A stretch of DNA of 64,000 nucleotides from Moniliella sp. 'wahieum' (taxonomy: Eukaryota): contig RSEE01000018.1 of assembly GCA_003971905.1 (NCBI GenBank), forward strand, positions 124,001-188,000, read 5' to 3'. The notes under the pieces were generated by a model. The model did not search any database and was not told where the DNA came from. It worked only from the letters and a program-made list of their open reading frames with translations. A program made the translations under genes and the position numbers. This document shows positions 51,296-64,000 of the stretch, piece after piece. How positions within the stretch are numbered: position 1 is the stretch's first letter; each line of letters begins with the position of its first letter.

Positions 51296-51846
51296 TCAAG
51301 ATTTGGAAACGCTCTTGACGTTCGCAGAGAGCCAAGCAAGACCCTCGAACAAGCCCTCGCCCGTTGTGGCACAGGAAGGGTGGACAAACCAAGGCCGCCC
51401 CTTGAGCCTGGCGAGGCCCAGCATTTCTGTCACTTCCGTAGGGGTATAAGCACCGGGTATGTCTGTTTGTTGGCGAAGACAAGTAACAGGCAGTCTTTCA
51501 TCTCGCGGTCGGAGAGGATTCTGTGAAGAGCGGAGGAGGCCTCTGCCATGCGTTCCTTGTCGGCAGAGTCGACGACAAAAACAAGACCTTGGGTGCCAGT
51601 GTAGTAGTGCCGCCACAGAGGCCGGATCTTGTCCTGACCACCGACGTCCCAAACGTTGAATTTGACGTTGCGATATGTGACAGTCTCGACGTTGAACCCG
51701 ACGGTGGGGATGGTGGTGACCGACTTGTTCAGCTTGATCTTGTACAGGATCGTCGTCTTCCCGGCCGAATCGAGGCCGAGCATGAGGATGCGCATCTCTT
51801 TGTTGCCAAAGAGCTTTCCCAATGCCTTGCTGAACGATTGACCCAT
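51296..51846 (-). CDS. ARF6: ADP-ribosylation factor 6 (class III ARF)
   Basis: [36 protein letters not shown]...[34 protein letters not shown]...FANKQD. One indel near 51463. Confidence 0.95.
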
Positions 51847-53776
51847 GGTAGCCGTGCTGACGGGGGCGGCGGGGAGAGGAAATTCGGGGGGACGGGGCGT
51901 GGGTCGCGGGGGGGTATGATGGAGGGAGGCAACGGGAGGCGGGCGGATGGGTGGGTGGCTGCTGCGCGCGGACGCACAGATGGCTGCGGAGGGGTCGTGC
52001 TTGAGGATCGGCTGCAAGTGGGGTAGGTGTGGCGCCGATCCACCGGCGATGCGATACGTATTGGTCGGCTGCGTTTGCTGTCGCATCTTGGGAGCCTGCG
52101 GGAGCCTGCTGGTGCAGCGCATCCTCACGCGTCCCAGCCGGCACCGCTTGCAATGTTTCACGGGGGTGCCGCAGTGCCCCGTTCTTCCGCAACCTACGAG
52201 TGTGGGTCGTGGATCACGTGACAGGCCGATTGTCTCCCCTCCTTGCACGGCTGCATGCTAGCCTTGCCACCACCGTAAAGGATGGATTATTGTTGTTCAG
52301 CGCGCAGGAGAGGTGGTGGGTTGCTTGTGAGCATACCAGTCTCTGCCTAGAGCAGCCGATGACTCAAGTCTCCAAAGGGGCTGCCTCTGCAGCTGGTAGT
52401 ACAGCGGCGATGGGGAAGTGTGTGCTTGTTTTGCTATAGTTCTCCGGGATGGGAGATATGATGAGGCGAACGCGGCCACACAACAGCCGGAGAGTCGCAC
52501 AACCATGCATATGATTGGGAAGCTTTACAGAGGAGAGCACCGAGGACCGTCGGCGTGTGCCTCTGTAACATGTCCCTGTGGCAAAAATGACTTGCGGTGC
52601 CCACCTCAGGTTAAGAAAGGCAGGAGCGATACCAGCGTTTTTTGCTTATATTGCCTGTGGTCGACGAGAGAGCGTGTATATATATCTACTACGTTTCGTC
52701 AAAATCCACCCTTGACCCAGGCACTTCGCATTATTTCTTTTGGGACTGTAGCCGATCGGTTTATCAACCCACAGCTTCTAGAGCGCTGCTCTTCATCTCC
52801 CAACAGTTGTCGCTCGATCGAGCACCTATCATGATTGTGTTGCAATCCTACCAGAGTCGGCTAACTTATTGGGTGGTTCTAGTGACATAAATACAAACCA
52901 TAGGGAGTGTGATAGCATTAGAAGCCTTTGGAGGATCAAGGAAAATATAAGTCAGTAAAGGAGGACCAAATCCTCAGGGAGTCTGATACAAAATCATGAT
53001 GGAAGAGGCCAAAATAGCATACCGGGAGGTGGCGCATGAGGTGCACGAGGAGAAGGAAATACTCGTGGGATTCCAGGAAAATGAGCTGCATTGACCCAGT
53101 TATTAGAGCAAAAAGTGAATGCTACAAGAACGCCAAAAAGTACCAGGCACGCATTCACAACCGTTCCTTCCTGTCCATATACCGTCAGAGACACGCGGCT
53201 ATTATTCCACCCAACTGGCCAACAAGAGTCTCATTTGTGGAGGTAGTTCATCGCTCACGTGTAGTACCACACTCATTCCTAGCTGTATCCACTCTCGTGG
53301 GTCATATCCAGGTTCTACGCGAGAAAGGGAGGGAGTCAGAGGATCCTGTGGCGTGCTGGCGACCCCACTGCGGCTTCCTCATCTAGTTCTGTGGTTGTGG
53401 CACGAGCACCCGCCGGATGAGCGAGCCTCGCAAGCTCAGCGTACCTTGGACGCTGTCTTCAGCTGTTTGCACATTATGCATGATATGAAAGCAGAGGTAG
53501 GGAATATAGGTCCCAAGTGGGCCATCATTGGAGGTGGAGACCATAGAAACCTGGGAAATTGGAGCTGGCAACAGTAGTCATAACAACCCTACCAATACGG
53601 TCACGGGCTGGTGATCATCAATTAGTGTACTTTAACTATTCAGATACAACCCTAGCGCCACTTTCCCGCAGCAGGGAAGCCCATTCCACGCGATCGGTTG
53701 TAGTGGTGGCCAGATTAGTGATCGACCCACCGACCAAGTATTCCTAAGTGTGCCTTTGGTCACCTCTGATTCTACC

Positions 53777-54196
53777 ATGAGTTACGTCGCCAAGGACCCT
53801 AAGGGCGATGCCCAGCCTCAGGCTCAGCAGCACAAGATTCGCATCACGCTGACCACAGCCGCAATCTCAAGAAGCTCGAGAAGGGTATGCTTTCTTTGCC
53901 TGTCGCAGAGTACGTTTGGCTTACCATTTCTCGTTTTAGTATGCTCGGACTTGGTAACGCGCTCTAAAGACAAGGGTCTGCGTGTCAAGGGCCCCGTCCG
54001 CCTTCCGACTAAGGTTCTTTCGTACGTTGTGCGCAAGTCGCCCTGCGGTGAAGGATCCAAGACCTGGGACCACTTTGAGATGAAGATCCACAAGCGTCTG
54101 ATTGACTTTTCCGGCACTTCGGAGGATGTCCGTCTCATCACCCGCTTCAACTTGGAGCCCGGTGTTGAGGTGGAGGTCACTATCATTAACGCTTAA
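53777..54196 (+). CDS. RPS20: 40S ribosomal protein S20 (uS10)
   Basis: [21 protein letters not shown]...[37 protein letters not shown]...[10 protein letters not shown]. Intron 53885-53939. Confidence 0.97.
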   Translation: MSYVAKDPKGDAQPQAQQHKIRITLTTAAISRSSRRVCFLCLSQSTFGLPFLVLVCSDLVTRSKDKGLRVKGPVRLPTKVLSYVVRKSPCGEGSKTWDHFEMKIHKRLIDFSGTSEDVRLITRFNLEPGVEVEVTIINA

Positions 54197-54876
54197 GTTA
54201 TGGTTATGGCCCTTCCTCGCGGTCCACAGGATGCCGGATGCTGACTCATCTACCTTAGGTAAAATGAGCATCCGTCGGGGTGCACCTTTTCGTTCAAAAT
54301 GTACTAATCTATCGATGCATATTGGCAGTTATCCCTCTGTGTGGTGTTCAACGCGCTGCCTCTTTGAAGCGTGCTAATCGCTACTCATACATGGGGTACT
54401 CCTCATTGTCTATCCGGAAATATCATCCTGATGGGGACAAGCGGATTGCTGCTGATGCACTGATGGCTGATGTGACGAGGTTATGAATGCAGCTCCAAAA
54501 AACCGAACAGGAGGTGGTGGGAAAGGGCTGGCTTTCTATTAGCAGATGATACTAACGATGCCCTTCGGGCTCGACCCCAGAGAACAGCAACACAAGCCAC
54601 TGATTAAGGAAGGCCAATGGTGAACATCGTTCAATATATATGAGCGCTATGAGGGCTAAGCTTCAGTCAAGATCACAGACCATAACGGAAGGAGTTTGGG
54701 CAACAGAAAAGACCGTAGGTCAACATCAAGACCACGATGGAGATTGTCTATGTCGCGTATGGGCCATGTAGGGCATACGGGGAAGAGAAAGCAGAAAGAT
54801 GGATGAATAGTGACTGCAAGAGGATGCACCCCTACTATTGGAGGTCAATACTCAACCCTCCTGATGCGCCCATCCA

Positions 54877-55051
54877 GACTCATAGTACAGTGGTCAAGCA
54901 CACATAGCTAATCGAAAATGCCGGTAACAAGGTTCCGGATAGATATGTGAGGACTACGTACGAAGGGCAAGGCCCACAAGATTGTGCACCAGAAATTTCG
55001 ATTAGCCATGCACCCATACGGAAGACCGGGGTTCGATTCCGCGTCGAGTCA
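54877..55051 (+). ncRNA. tRNA-like Pol III-type gene with a long hairpin in place of a normal anticodon arm (isotype not assignable)
   Basis: Acceptor halves GACTC[G]A / TCGAGTC-A, A box TAGTACAGTGG, T arm CGGGG-TTCGATT-CCGCG (B box), TTTT at 55054-55057, and an internal inverted repeat 54903-54930 / 54982-55010. Confidence 0.7.
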
Positions 55052-57848
55052 CGTTTTCACTCTGTCCACCACTAGTCACTCCGGGTTGCTCCTCTCACAC
55101 CTCCAACTCGCTCAGGGGCGGGCGAAGGCAGGTGCCCGTCTGCCCGCTGCGTGAGGTCGGCCTCTGGGGGCCCTATGGTTGGCGGTGGTGGTGGTGTTAG
55201 CGCTTAGCTGTCCGGCGGGGGTACATGACCTGCATGGTGGGGCTGGTGGTCACTGTATACGTAGGCCAAGGCGCCTTATCGATCACCGGTCACCCTTCAA
55301 CCAACCCCTATTTGACCTCCGAAGCCTCCACTGTGTATACTCCGGCGAACCCCTGTCTCTTTAGCACTGGTGTGGCAGAATGCTTTAGATAGACTTTAGA
55401 GCTTTGGCCACCTCACCTCCTTCTTGATTGCAGTGCTCTACATCTCTCCCAAGGTTCTTCACCCAAATTCTGCGTTCTTCCGGTCTCCTCTGCATTAACA
55501 GGACTAAAACTGCTAGAAGGAAATATGGCGTTTGGAATCCGCCACTTTATTCAACAAGGCAGTATTTCCTTTTCAGGTGCCACAAGCATGCCTTACGCAT
55601 TACGCGTTACGCAGCAATAACCCTTTTCTTGGAGGGCAGGAGCATTCTCCAGCCACTGTAGCTCATCATGCATCTCATGATGATGCAATGCAATACGCCA
55701 TCAACTGCTTGCTCTCTATCTTCTGCAGTACTGATGCACTGATGCAATTGATGGACTGATGGACTGATGCTGAGCGCTGATCGGATACGGAGTACTGATG
55801 TACTGGTGGTACTGATGCAATGCTTGATGCATTTGGAATCCGAGCAAGCACCTGGGCGCTGCTCCACACTGCTCCCTGCTCGCGCTCCTATGCCTGCCCG
55901 ATGTAGATAGCAAAATCGATAGCAATTTGAAGGCGGTGAAGGGTCCAGCCGCCCTGCCCAGCCCTGCCCCGCCTGGACCAGCCCCAAACAATGGCAGCTG
56001 TGGATGTCTCTGTTGTTCCTGTTGATCGTGAGCGCGTCAGCGCCTCGCGCGTCACTCGTAACGTCAGCGATCAGGCCTTTGTGGCTCAGATCTCAGATCC
56101 TCAGAGGCGCTCAGGCGCTCAAGCTTCAAGGCGCGTTCGCCTTCAGACCTTCGCGCTTCTCAGATCTCAGACTGAGATCTCAGCGTCCAAGAAACACGTC
56201 ACCGACAGGGAGTCTGTGGGGGGTTATAGTTACTAGTTACTAGTTACTAACTACTTATCGATGATGGATGTCGATGTAATATGAACAAGTCAAAGCACCG
56301 ACGCCACTCTTCGCGCTACAGCCTGGTACGGCCTGCTATGGCAGGCTATGGTACCAACCCTATGGACATCTGAGGCCCCTCAGGCATCCGGCCCAAGGCC
56401 TCAGGAGGCATGAGCCCCAGGCCTTTAAGCTTTAAGTCTCAACGCCTCTATTGGGGGCTTTTTGGAATTTGATGCAATATTGACGCCTCAACTTACGCTT
56501 GAAGCTTGAAGCTCAAGAGCTTGGGCGTTCCTTGAGCGTTCCTTGAGCGTTCCACGTTCCTTGAGCACTTGGAGCTAGCTTGAAGGGCTTGGAGTGGGAT
56601 GCGTTAAGACCGTGCACGCGGCGAGCACGCGAGTTTGCTTGCGCGTGAGAACGAAGCGCGATTCTGGAAGCGCTGCTGCACAAAGCTACGCACTGCTACA
56701 CTTGCGAGAGCTCCGTCTCGGGTGAGACAGGCTATGCGGCTTGCACAGCAATTAGGGCACACAATAAGGCACGCAATGTAGTATTTACATGTTCCACGTC
56801 ACTAGTTATTCGCTCCGTCCCTTCCACCGCCCCCGGCTCCTATTCGCACCCTCCGGAGAACTACTCTATGCGCGCTTCCCCAACACAGAGAACAACACGC
56901 AACAGCTCCAACAGTCATCGACGTGAATCAGTAATCCCTACTGTTCTACCATGCGTCTTGCGTCTTGCATCAGATGCGCCTGTTCCGCTGCAGGGCGCAG
57001 CACATCCGTCTGAATGGGGACGGGAGTGGGATCGTGAGATGCTGTTAGTTTAGTGTTGAGCGCGTGGGGCATGTGTGGGATACATATGTTCGGACATCTC
57101 GGGGGCCGTCGCAACACAGCTGTGTGTGTCCTTCTGGCCGGTTCATCGATCTCATCGCGCTCATCGAGAGATACTCCTTAATCATTTTTTTCACGTTCAC
57201 GTCCATGCATCATGCACCCTTTCCATACGCGCGGTGGTCTGCGGTGGTGTGGAGAGCATCCTGTCCGCGACCTGTGTTGAATACGTTGAAGGGAGAGTCC
57301 GTGCACGGTACTCCCGTCGCTCTCGCGAATCGCTGTGGAGGCGGCGGTCAAGGGCTACTTACACAGTCCCCTGTGCTACCCCTGCAACGAACGCACGAAC
57401 CAGCCTCCCTCCCTTTGGGGCTATGCACTACGCCCATGGCGAGAGAGGCTGGATCCAGTGCAGATCACGCACGCAGATCACGCACAGCCCCTCCACCGGC
57501 TCCACTGCACCCTGGCGAGGTCTGGGTACCGTGCACCAGCCGGCAATCCCCTTTGAAGCTCGAGGCTTGAAGCTTCAAGGCTTGAAGCTGTCGAGTGGGT
57601 GCTGTGGCATGTCACTGAGTCTGCCAGGCCACCTCGCGGAGGCTTGAGAGGGAAGCACGTGCACAGTCCCCTCCTGGCCAACCCACCCCACCAACTGATC
57701 CGTGCACCGCCTGCAACAGCTTTCGTAGTCCCCGCCAAGCATAAAAGGAGCCCCTTCAACCCGTTTTCCGTCTTTCCCCACCCACCCCTCCTCTTCCCCA
57801 CCTCCTCTTCCCCACCTCCTCTTTCCGTTCAACTCATCTCTCTGCACA

Positions 57849-58224
57849 ATGGGCTTCTTTGGCGAGGACCACTACAACACCGTCGACAACTACGACGGCT
57901 CGACGAGCACAAGGCTAAGCTCTCGCACGAGGTGCTTGGCGGTGCCGCCGCCTTCGAGGCCGCTAAGGGTACGTCCCTCATCCCATTCACTTGGAAAGAA
58001 TGAATTGATTTGCTGACCCTGGTATGACAATTCATCAGCTTACGAGACCACCGCGCCAAGAACGGCGAGCCGGACGACCACGCTCGTGCCAAGGAGGTCC
58101 TTGCTGGCTTGGCTGGTGCCGCTGTCGATCGCCTGGCCGAGACAAGGGTCTCGACTTCGTCGACCGTGAGCGTGCCAAGCGTGAGGCTGAGAACCAGTCC
58201 TACCAGCAGTTCGGCTACAACTAA
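57849..58224 (+). CDS. cipC: CipC-like protein (DUF3759)
   Basis: EHKAKLSHEVLGGAAAFEAAKAYE..NGEPDDHARAKEVLAGLAGAAVDRLAETKGLDFVDRERAKREAE. Intron 57969-58038; CATAAAAG upstream at ~57740. Confidence 0.9.
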
Positions 58225-58585
58225 AGCTGTTCAGCTTACGCCTGGTCATGGCGCGGGCCACTGTTGCGTCTGTCCTGGCCCCGCACCCCCTCCAGTCAGA
58301 GGCTGCAGGCCCAGAACTAGCATAGATGGTCCCATTATTCAATGTGGATTCATATAACCTGTTCTACTTGATCCCGTAGCGTTTGTCTAGAATGCGTCGA
58401 GGCGTGGAAGAAGGTTAGACGTTAGACAGTCCCCATCAGTGTGGTGCAAAGCGCGCGAGTTTACCCCACACGCAGTGGTCTTCTTCGGTTGGAAGTTCCG
58501 CCCGTAATTAATAATTCCGCAGGCTCACGTTTGCGGTGCACGGGTCCCTTGCCTCGCGCCGACAGTAGGCAGCAGTTGGTGCACC

Positions 58586-60533
58586 ATGACCACCACCACC
58601 ACCACGCCGACGCCAGGACAGACCGGGGAAGATGGCATCCATCGTTCCCAGTCGCTCCACGCGGAGCAATCAGAGGCGGGGGGAGCAATAGCCACTCCTC
58701 TGCTGAAACCCAGACGGGTGTAGCTGACATGCCTGGCACGGCGGTCGCTAGCCTGGTCGCCGAGCCAGTGAGCGAAGGGGAAGGGCACTCGATGGCGATG
58801 GGGGGTGGTGCATCCGACGCGCAACCCTCGCGTGGGCCGATACAGAGCCTAGTTCCCGCGCGTCCCCCTTCCCCCCTGCCCCTGAGGTGGCCCAGCCGAG
58901 GAAGAGCCTTCCAATCCCCCTGCGTTCGAGCCCCCCCCGCCCGAACACAACCTGATGCGCGCGCGCGGACATCCAAACCAATCCGGTATGTGCACCCCCC
59001 CCTCGTCTCCACTTCTGCTTGGCTATTAGCGCTCACTCCCTGCCCATTGTTGATGCTCAGTTTATGCCCCCGGGAACGACGCCTCTGCTTTGGCTTCGAG
59101 GCATCCGCCTTGACGGTGCGGACAATGTACGAACCAATTTCCTCATCTCGGTCTTACGGCCCTATTTGGACCGCAGAGTGACCAACCTGCCCTGGGCCCC
59201 TTGGCTCTATGGCGACCGCCTCACGCATGTGCGCCCTGGCCAACCCGCCGCTAGGCAGTCTCACTGAGCTGACCGAATCCATCTCCATGGACCTCAGTGC
59301 CTTCGACATTTTCCGTGCTATTGACGCTCGTCTCGAGCCCTCCAACCAGCCAGGGGCTGGGCAAGAGGATGTGGAGATTGTGTTGGACTGCACTCCCAAG
59401 GGCCGCTATTTTCTCAAAACCTCGACCGACCTGGGCAACAATGGGGACAAGTCTGTCTCGGTGCAGGGGCATGCGCGCAACCTGTTTGGTGGGCCGAAAT
59501 GCTGGAAGCCTCGGCCACCTGGGGCACCAAAACTCGACGAGCGCTCAACCTGTTGTTCTCACCCTTTACTTGGCTCCCCAATCTTCCGAGCCTCTCTTTC
59601 GGCCAGCACTGTCGACCGAGACTGCACCGCCTGGTCCAACGTGTGGGAAGCGGTGCGGGGGTTCGGAGTGCGCTCCTGTTTACCCTGCGCCTGGCACGTC
59701 GCAGGAACTGGCGGTGGAAATCTCGCATCGGCACGTGGGCTACCCGACCGCGTCGACGAGTGCGGCAATGCGCGCCTTGATGGGCGATACCATCAAGGTC
59801 CCTGACGCACACCTGGGTGCGGGATACCGCTGATGCCCCGCTGCTCGCTTCCGAAGGTTGGAGCAGCCGTCTAGTCCAGGAACTAGCGGGAGCAGGTGGC
59901 AGCACGTCCCACTACAAGCTGGAAGCTGAGGCCAAAGTGTCACGTGCTCTTGATGCCCTTTTCCCAGGCAAGGCGTCAGGGTGGGGGTTTCGCTCGCAGG
60001 CTCAGTAGGTATGCTGCGCAGCTTGACAGGCCAAGCCAGTTGCTTTAGTGACCGCTTCCACCTCGGCGGGCCGACGACGATGCGAATGGTGCGTCAAAAC
60101 GCAATGGGCCCCAAGGGGGTCAACAGTTTCATCCCGGATACCCCCGAGCGTGGCGATTCTCTCGGCGGGGATGCCTACTGGTCCTTAGGAGCCAGTTTGT
60201 TCGCCCCCTTCATCAAGCGCGAATGGGGCGACTTCAAGTGGCATGCATTTGTCAACGCAGGCCAGCTAGCCTTGATGGATCAAAAACGGCCATTGCTCTC
60301 CCATGCTTCCCTTACTCCCGCCGCGCCAGCTGAGGCCGCCGCGCCATCTACACCCGGGGCCGTGCAAGACTTGTGGAGACAGCTCTCTCTTCCTACGGTT
60401 ACCGCTGGTGTAGGGCTGGTGTACACTCAAGCGCGCTGCGTGCCGAGCTCAATGCTGGTGCCCCCTGGCCAGTCGCCGCTCGGACGGTGTTCGCAAAGGT
60501 CTACAGCTCGGAGTGGGGGTGTCGTTTTTGTAA
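58586..60533 (+). CDS. SAM50: Mitochondrial sorting and assembly machinery subunit Sam50 (Omp85 family)
   Basis: POTRA-like IRLDGADNVRTNFL, then ARNLFGGAEML, DRFHLGGPTTMR..NAMGPK, DSLGGDAYWSLGASL, HAFVNAGQL, AGVGLVY and terminal beta signal GLQLGVGVSFL*. The start is uncertain. Confidence 0.9.
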
Positions 60534-60942
60534 TCACGATTCATCGATCATCTCTACTATCGATTTGGAAGACTCGCTGCTTGCCTTAGGATCCCTCGAT
60601 TGCAAAACGGAACATGGTGTATTCATGGAGAGATTGACAATCCCAGGTAGCGAGACGAAACACTCAAAAAAGAGGCGAGGGGGTAGGCTTCAAGATCGAT
60701 CCAAGGATGGCTTACCCAGTGTAGAGAGACGGGAACAGCGAGATAGCATACACACAAAGACAGGCAAGGTACAGAAAACGTATGGGTAGTACAATAGTCG
60801 GGGTGAGTATGTGACAGTAAACGAGGCGAAAGGAGGTACAAAGGTCAAAGGCCAAGTAGTATAACGAATGTGATGAAGTGATGGGGGAGGGTAGGCGTAA
60901 GGTGAGATATTATCAAGATAGGGTGCCTGAAAGGGAGAGAGT

Positions 60943-63247
60943 TCAGGAAACCCATGGGTTTCCACAGCAAGGGCATGCCTGTTTCGCCAGGTCGACACCG
61001 AGCTGGGTCTTGACCCACATCAATTCGGCGCCCAAGACGGCCATCTCAGCTTCGAGATGGTCGCGGCGCCGAAGCAGATGACCAGGATGCGGATCCTGCA
61101 GGACTAATCCTGTGGCGGTCTCGCTCTTTTCCTCCGTTGTGTGGCAAATACCTCTTCGCCTCCGCCCTCGAGGGAATTGGGGGTTAAAGGCAACGGACGC
61201 GGCGTACCACGTCCGCGGCTCGCAACCATCAGATCAGGCAAGGAGGAGCTCTCCCTCAAACTTGCCCCCGATGAAAAAATCCGCAACGCATGCCGATGCC
61301 CCGCCGAGCCAAGAGACTTGTCATCGTCTCGGTCTGGGTGGGGGTAGGGGGGCTACTGATTGACTCCACGTCGCGTCTGGTCGATGGTGCCAGTTTATCG
61401 GGGTGAATGAAAGGAGGGAGGAGGCCAGGGCTGCTTGCCACTGATGTGGCAACCTCTTCTGAGACTTGGAGGGATTCAGGACACGCGTGGGTGGGGTAAG
61501 ACTGTTCTCATCCACGGTCCACTGAACGCTGCTGTCGGCCTCGGTTTGGCCTACCGATGTTGATCCTTCGTCGCCAGCGGGTTCTTCACCCTCAAGTTCT
61601 TCGGGCGCGTCAAGAGGAGTGAAGGATTGCACATGATTGGGTACAGAAAAGGGCACTGAGGAAGAGCTTTCGGGATGGGATACCTCCGTAGCCCCCCTTT
61701 CCAGAGAAGGGCTTGTGTCTGACTCTGGTACGGGAGGAAGACGAGCTTCGGAAGAGCCAATGGCAGATAGAACAGCCATTTCAGAAGGACCAAACATTGC
61801 GCTCACTGGTCTCAAACTTAAGTGTGGACTTGTGCCCGGGACATCGGGGAAGCGTCCGACAGCAAAAGAGAGGAAGTAGGATGAGCTATGTGCAATGTAA
61901 GAGTTTCAGTATGGGTCCTTGTTTCTCTTTCGAGCGCAGTCATACGTACTTTGGTCATGTAGCTTCGGGTCGAGCTCATCTGGTCTGGAGGCCGTGTCGA
62001 GAGCAGGGCTGGTGGCAGAACTGTCTCTGGATCATAGAGGCAGTCAGAGAAGCAGATCCGCTTACAAAGCGGTGCGCAGACTGAGAGGAGCTTTCCTCGT
62101 GTTCATCAAGGGAGATTGGGGTGCCTGTTTCTACTGGCACCGCCTGAGCTGGGATAGCCTTCTTCTTGGTAAGAACCGATGGAGAGGGAGCTTGGCTTTC
62201 CAATGGCGCGTTAGGCCACACTTCATGCGTGTCTTTGTTAGCCAACTGAGGCTTCTCTTGACTCTTGGGAGTATTGAGGCTGGGGAGTGGGGCAGATGGC
62301 GAGCCTGTACTTTTCTTGCTCTTATCCCCGCGCGCGACTCAAAAGGGCAGAAAGTGACCGCTTTGTATTGAGTGGATTGCGCGGTTTCAGCACCATCTTA
62401 GGTGAGCGAGCATTTTTGGCATCCTTTGTCTCCGCCACCAACGGACTCGCCGACGTGGTAGCAAGATGCTGCACGCTTGGTGGTGTGGCTACCGCTCTCG
62501 AAGCGGCGACCGCGGGCATGTTCTGGGACGAGGACAATGATTTCGACCGTGACCCAGCCCAACGAGAATGGGTAGGGGAGTGGGTGTTGGCGGGATAAAG
62601 GTCGCGGGGCGAGGAGAGAAAGGGGCTTGTCGCGGAGGACTGCCGAGGTCGCTTCGTCCAGGCAAAGAATCGGAGGCACAGGAACCTGCAGCTTGGGCTT
62701 TATTGTTTACCGCCTGCAACGGCCCATCCATTTTGTCCAGCTGTGTGGCAATGGTAGGGAAAGCTCGCCGTCCATCAGCAAAAGAAGCAAACGGCTTGGA
62801 ATCCGCCACGGAACCAGCGAGGGGTGTGATGGGTGTGTAGGGCGTGCAGGGGGGACTGGTCTTGTAACTAGATCCAGGGCTGAGTGGGACGTTCGCGGAG
62901 AGGCCGAGGTGTTGCTACCAAGCTTGGGAAGCCGAAACATGCCCCGTGACGATGGGCGAAGACCTCCAGAGACGGCCTCATCGAAAGGGCATCGAGCGAC
63001 GGCAGAGAATCGAGGGAGGGGCGCCAGCGCATCCCATGTGGTAAACCGCCGGACGAAGCAGACGCAACAGAGACGAGGCCGCTGGGTGATGCGCCCTCGG
63101 AGCTTGGGCGGGCTGCCGACCCGTCGGAGCCAGGAAATGAGCAGTCCTCCTCCTCTTCCCACGGCGCGAGGGAGTTGCGGGTGAGGCGGGGCCCGATGAG
63201 GTCATCGGCGTCGGCAGGGAGGTAGTCGAGGCGGGTAGCACGGGCAT
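60943..63247 (-). CDS. Hypothetical S/P-rich protein with a C-terminal coiled coil and CPCCG motif
   Basis: Overlapping minus-strand ORF fragments from MPVLPASTTSLPTPMTSS to HLLRRRDHLEAEMAVLGAELMWVKTQLGVDLAKQACPCCGNPWVS*. Confidence 0.55.
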
Positions 63248-64000
63248 GACGATGAAAGGAAGCGTCGTCGGCGCGAGCTCCTCTTGGGCCAGGTCGTCGG
63301 TGTCGAGGCTGCCGGGGGTTGCGCGGAGCACCTGGCCGCTGGGGAGGAGAGGGGGCATGGGCAAGAAAAGAGAGATAGACAGACAGACGGGGCGGAGGGA
63401 GGGGGCAAGGAGCGTAGGGCTGGGCGGGATGGAGGAGACGGAGCAGAGGCCAAGACGGCTGAGAAAAGGACAGGGATGCCGGCGCTATCGATGCTATCGG
63501 TGATGCTGATGCGGATGGCGTCGCACGGCTTGGGCGTGGCGCGTGGCTGTGGCCGGGCAGAGCAGGTGGCTTGTCCAGCCTGTCCCCATCGCTGATCGCT
63601 GGCCCTGGCCGTTGATCGGCAGTGGCGCCGAGCGCTGCACGGGGCGCTGCGCTCTGCTGCCGACGGCTCTGTAACTCGCCAGTGCCCGTCTGCCCAGCCC
63701 GACCCCGCGCATCGCATTGGACCTGCAGGCCTGCCTTGTGCCTGACGCGTGTCCCGCACCATGCCAGTGTTCCACGCCCTGTGCGATCACACTGCAGCCA
63801 GCCATCATGCATCTGCATCACACATCACGCCATCAAGCTTCAAGCTTCAAGGTCTCAGGGCACCCGCCCCTCAAGCTGTCATCATGCATCAGACTTTAGG
63901 AGCTTTAGGCGTCATGCATCAGCCACCCTCAGATCCCCACCAGACCGATGCGCCTCCAGAGCCTCAGGGGCCGAGTCAGCTTTGCCAGGGTTTGCCCCTC

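Noticed and set aside
2700..51846. Functional cluster of ArfGAP, Boi1, VAMP7 and ARF6 trafficking genes
   Set aside because: The genes are spread over 49 kb with unrelated genes between them, and there is no evidence beyond chance without synteny data.
52300..53740. Gene or TE between ARF6 and RPS20
   Set aside because: Only short ORFs with many stops and no recognisable motifs or terminal repeats.
1..64000. Mass pseudogenisation or programmed frameshifting
   Set aside because: Indels hit even RPS20, ARF6 and SAM50 while the amino-acid sequence stays conserved on both sides, which is typical of uncorrected long-read errors.

Overview
Eukaryotic, GC-rich fungal genomic DNA. It is most likely a basidiomycete; this is inferred from short GT..AG introns with GTATGC/GTGCGT/GTACGT donors and GCTAAC/CTGAC branch sites, and from the gene content. 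Single-base indels break almost every gene, including RPS20 and ARF6, which points to an unpolished long-read assembly rather than pseudogenes. Gene coordinates are therefore stitched across frames and approximate. Recognisable genes: an EI24/RRT8-like membrane protein, a PH+ArfGAP protein, a Boi1/Pob1-like SH3-SAM-PH protein, mitochondrial ATPase inhibitor IF1, a DHA1-type MFS transporter, a longin R-SNARE (VAMP7/Nyv1-like), NPR2, a LURP-one-like protein, an APC amino-acid/GABA permease, a PEX11-family protein, ARF6, RPS20, a CipC-like protein and SAM50. Three non-standard signals stand out. (1) A ~4 kb LTR element (23485-27443) has a Copia-type primer-binding site and a degenerate Gag, and four different tandem-repeat arrays occupy the place where pol should be. 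(2) A tRNA-framed Pol III-type gene (54877-55051) has its anticodon arm replaced by a ~108 nt hairpin. (3) Intergenic DNA repeatedly uses 7-bp-phased units made of an A-NNNN-T hexameric palindrome plus one base, and two large near-palindromic heptamer arrays lie at 33.6-34.3 kb.
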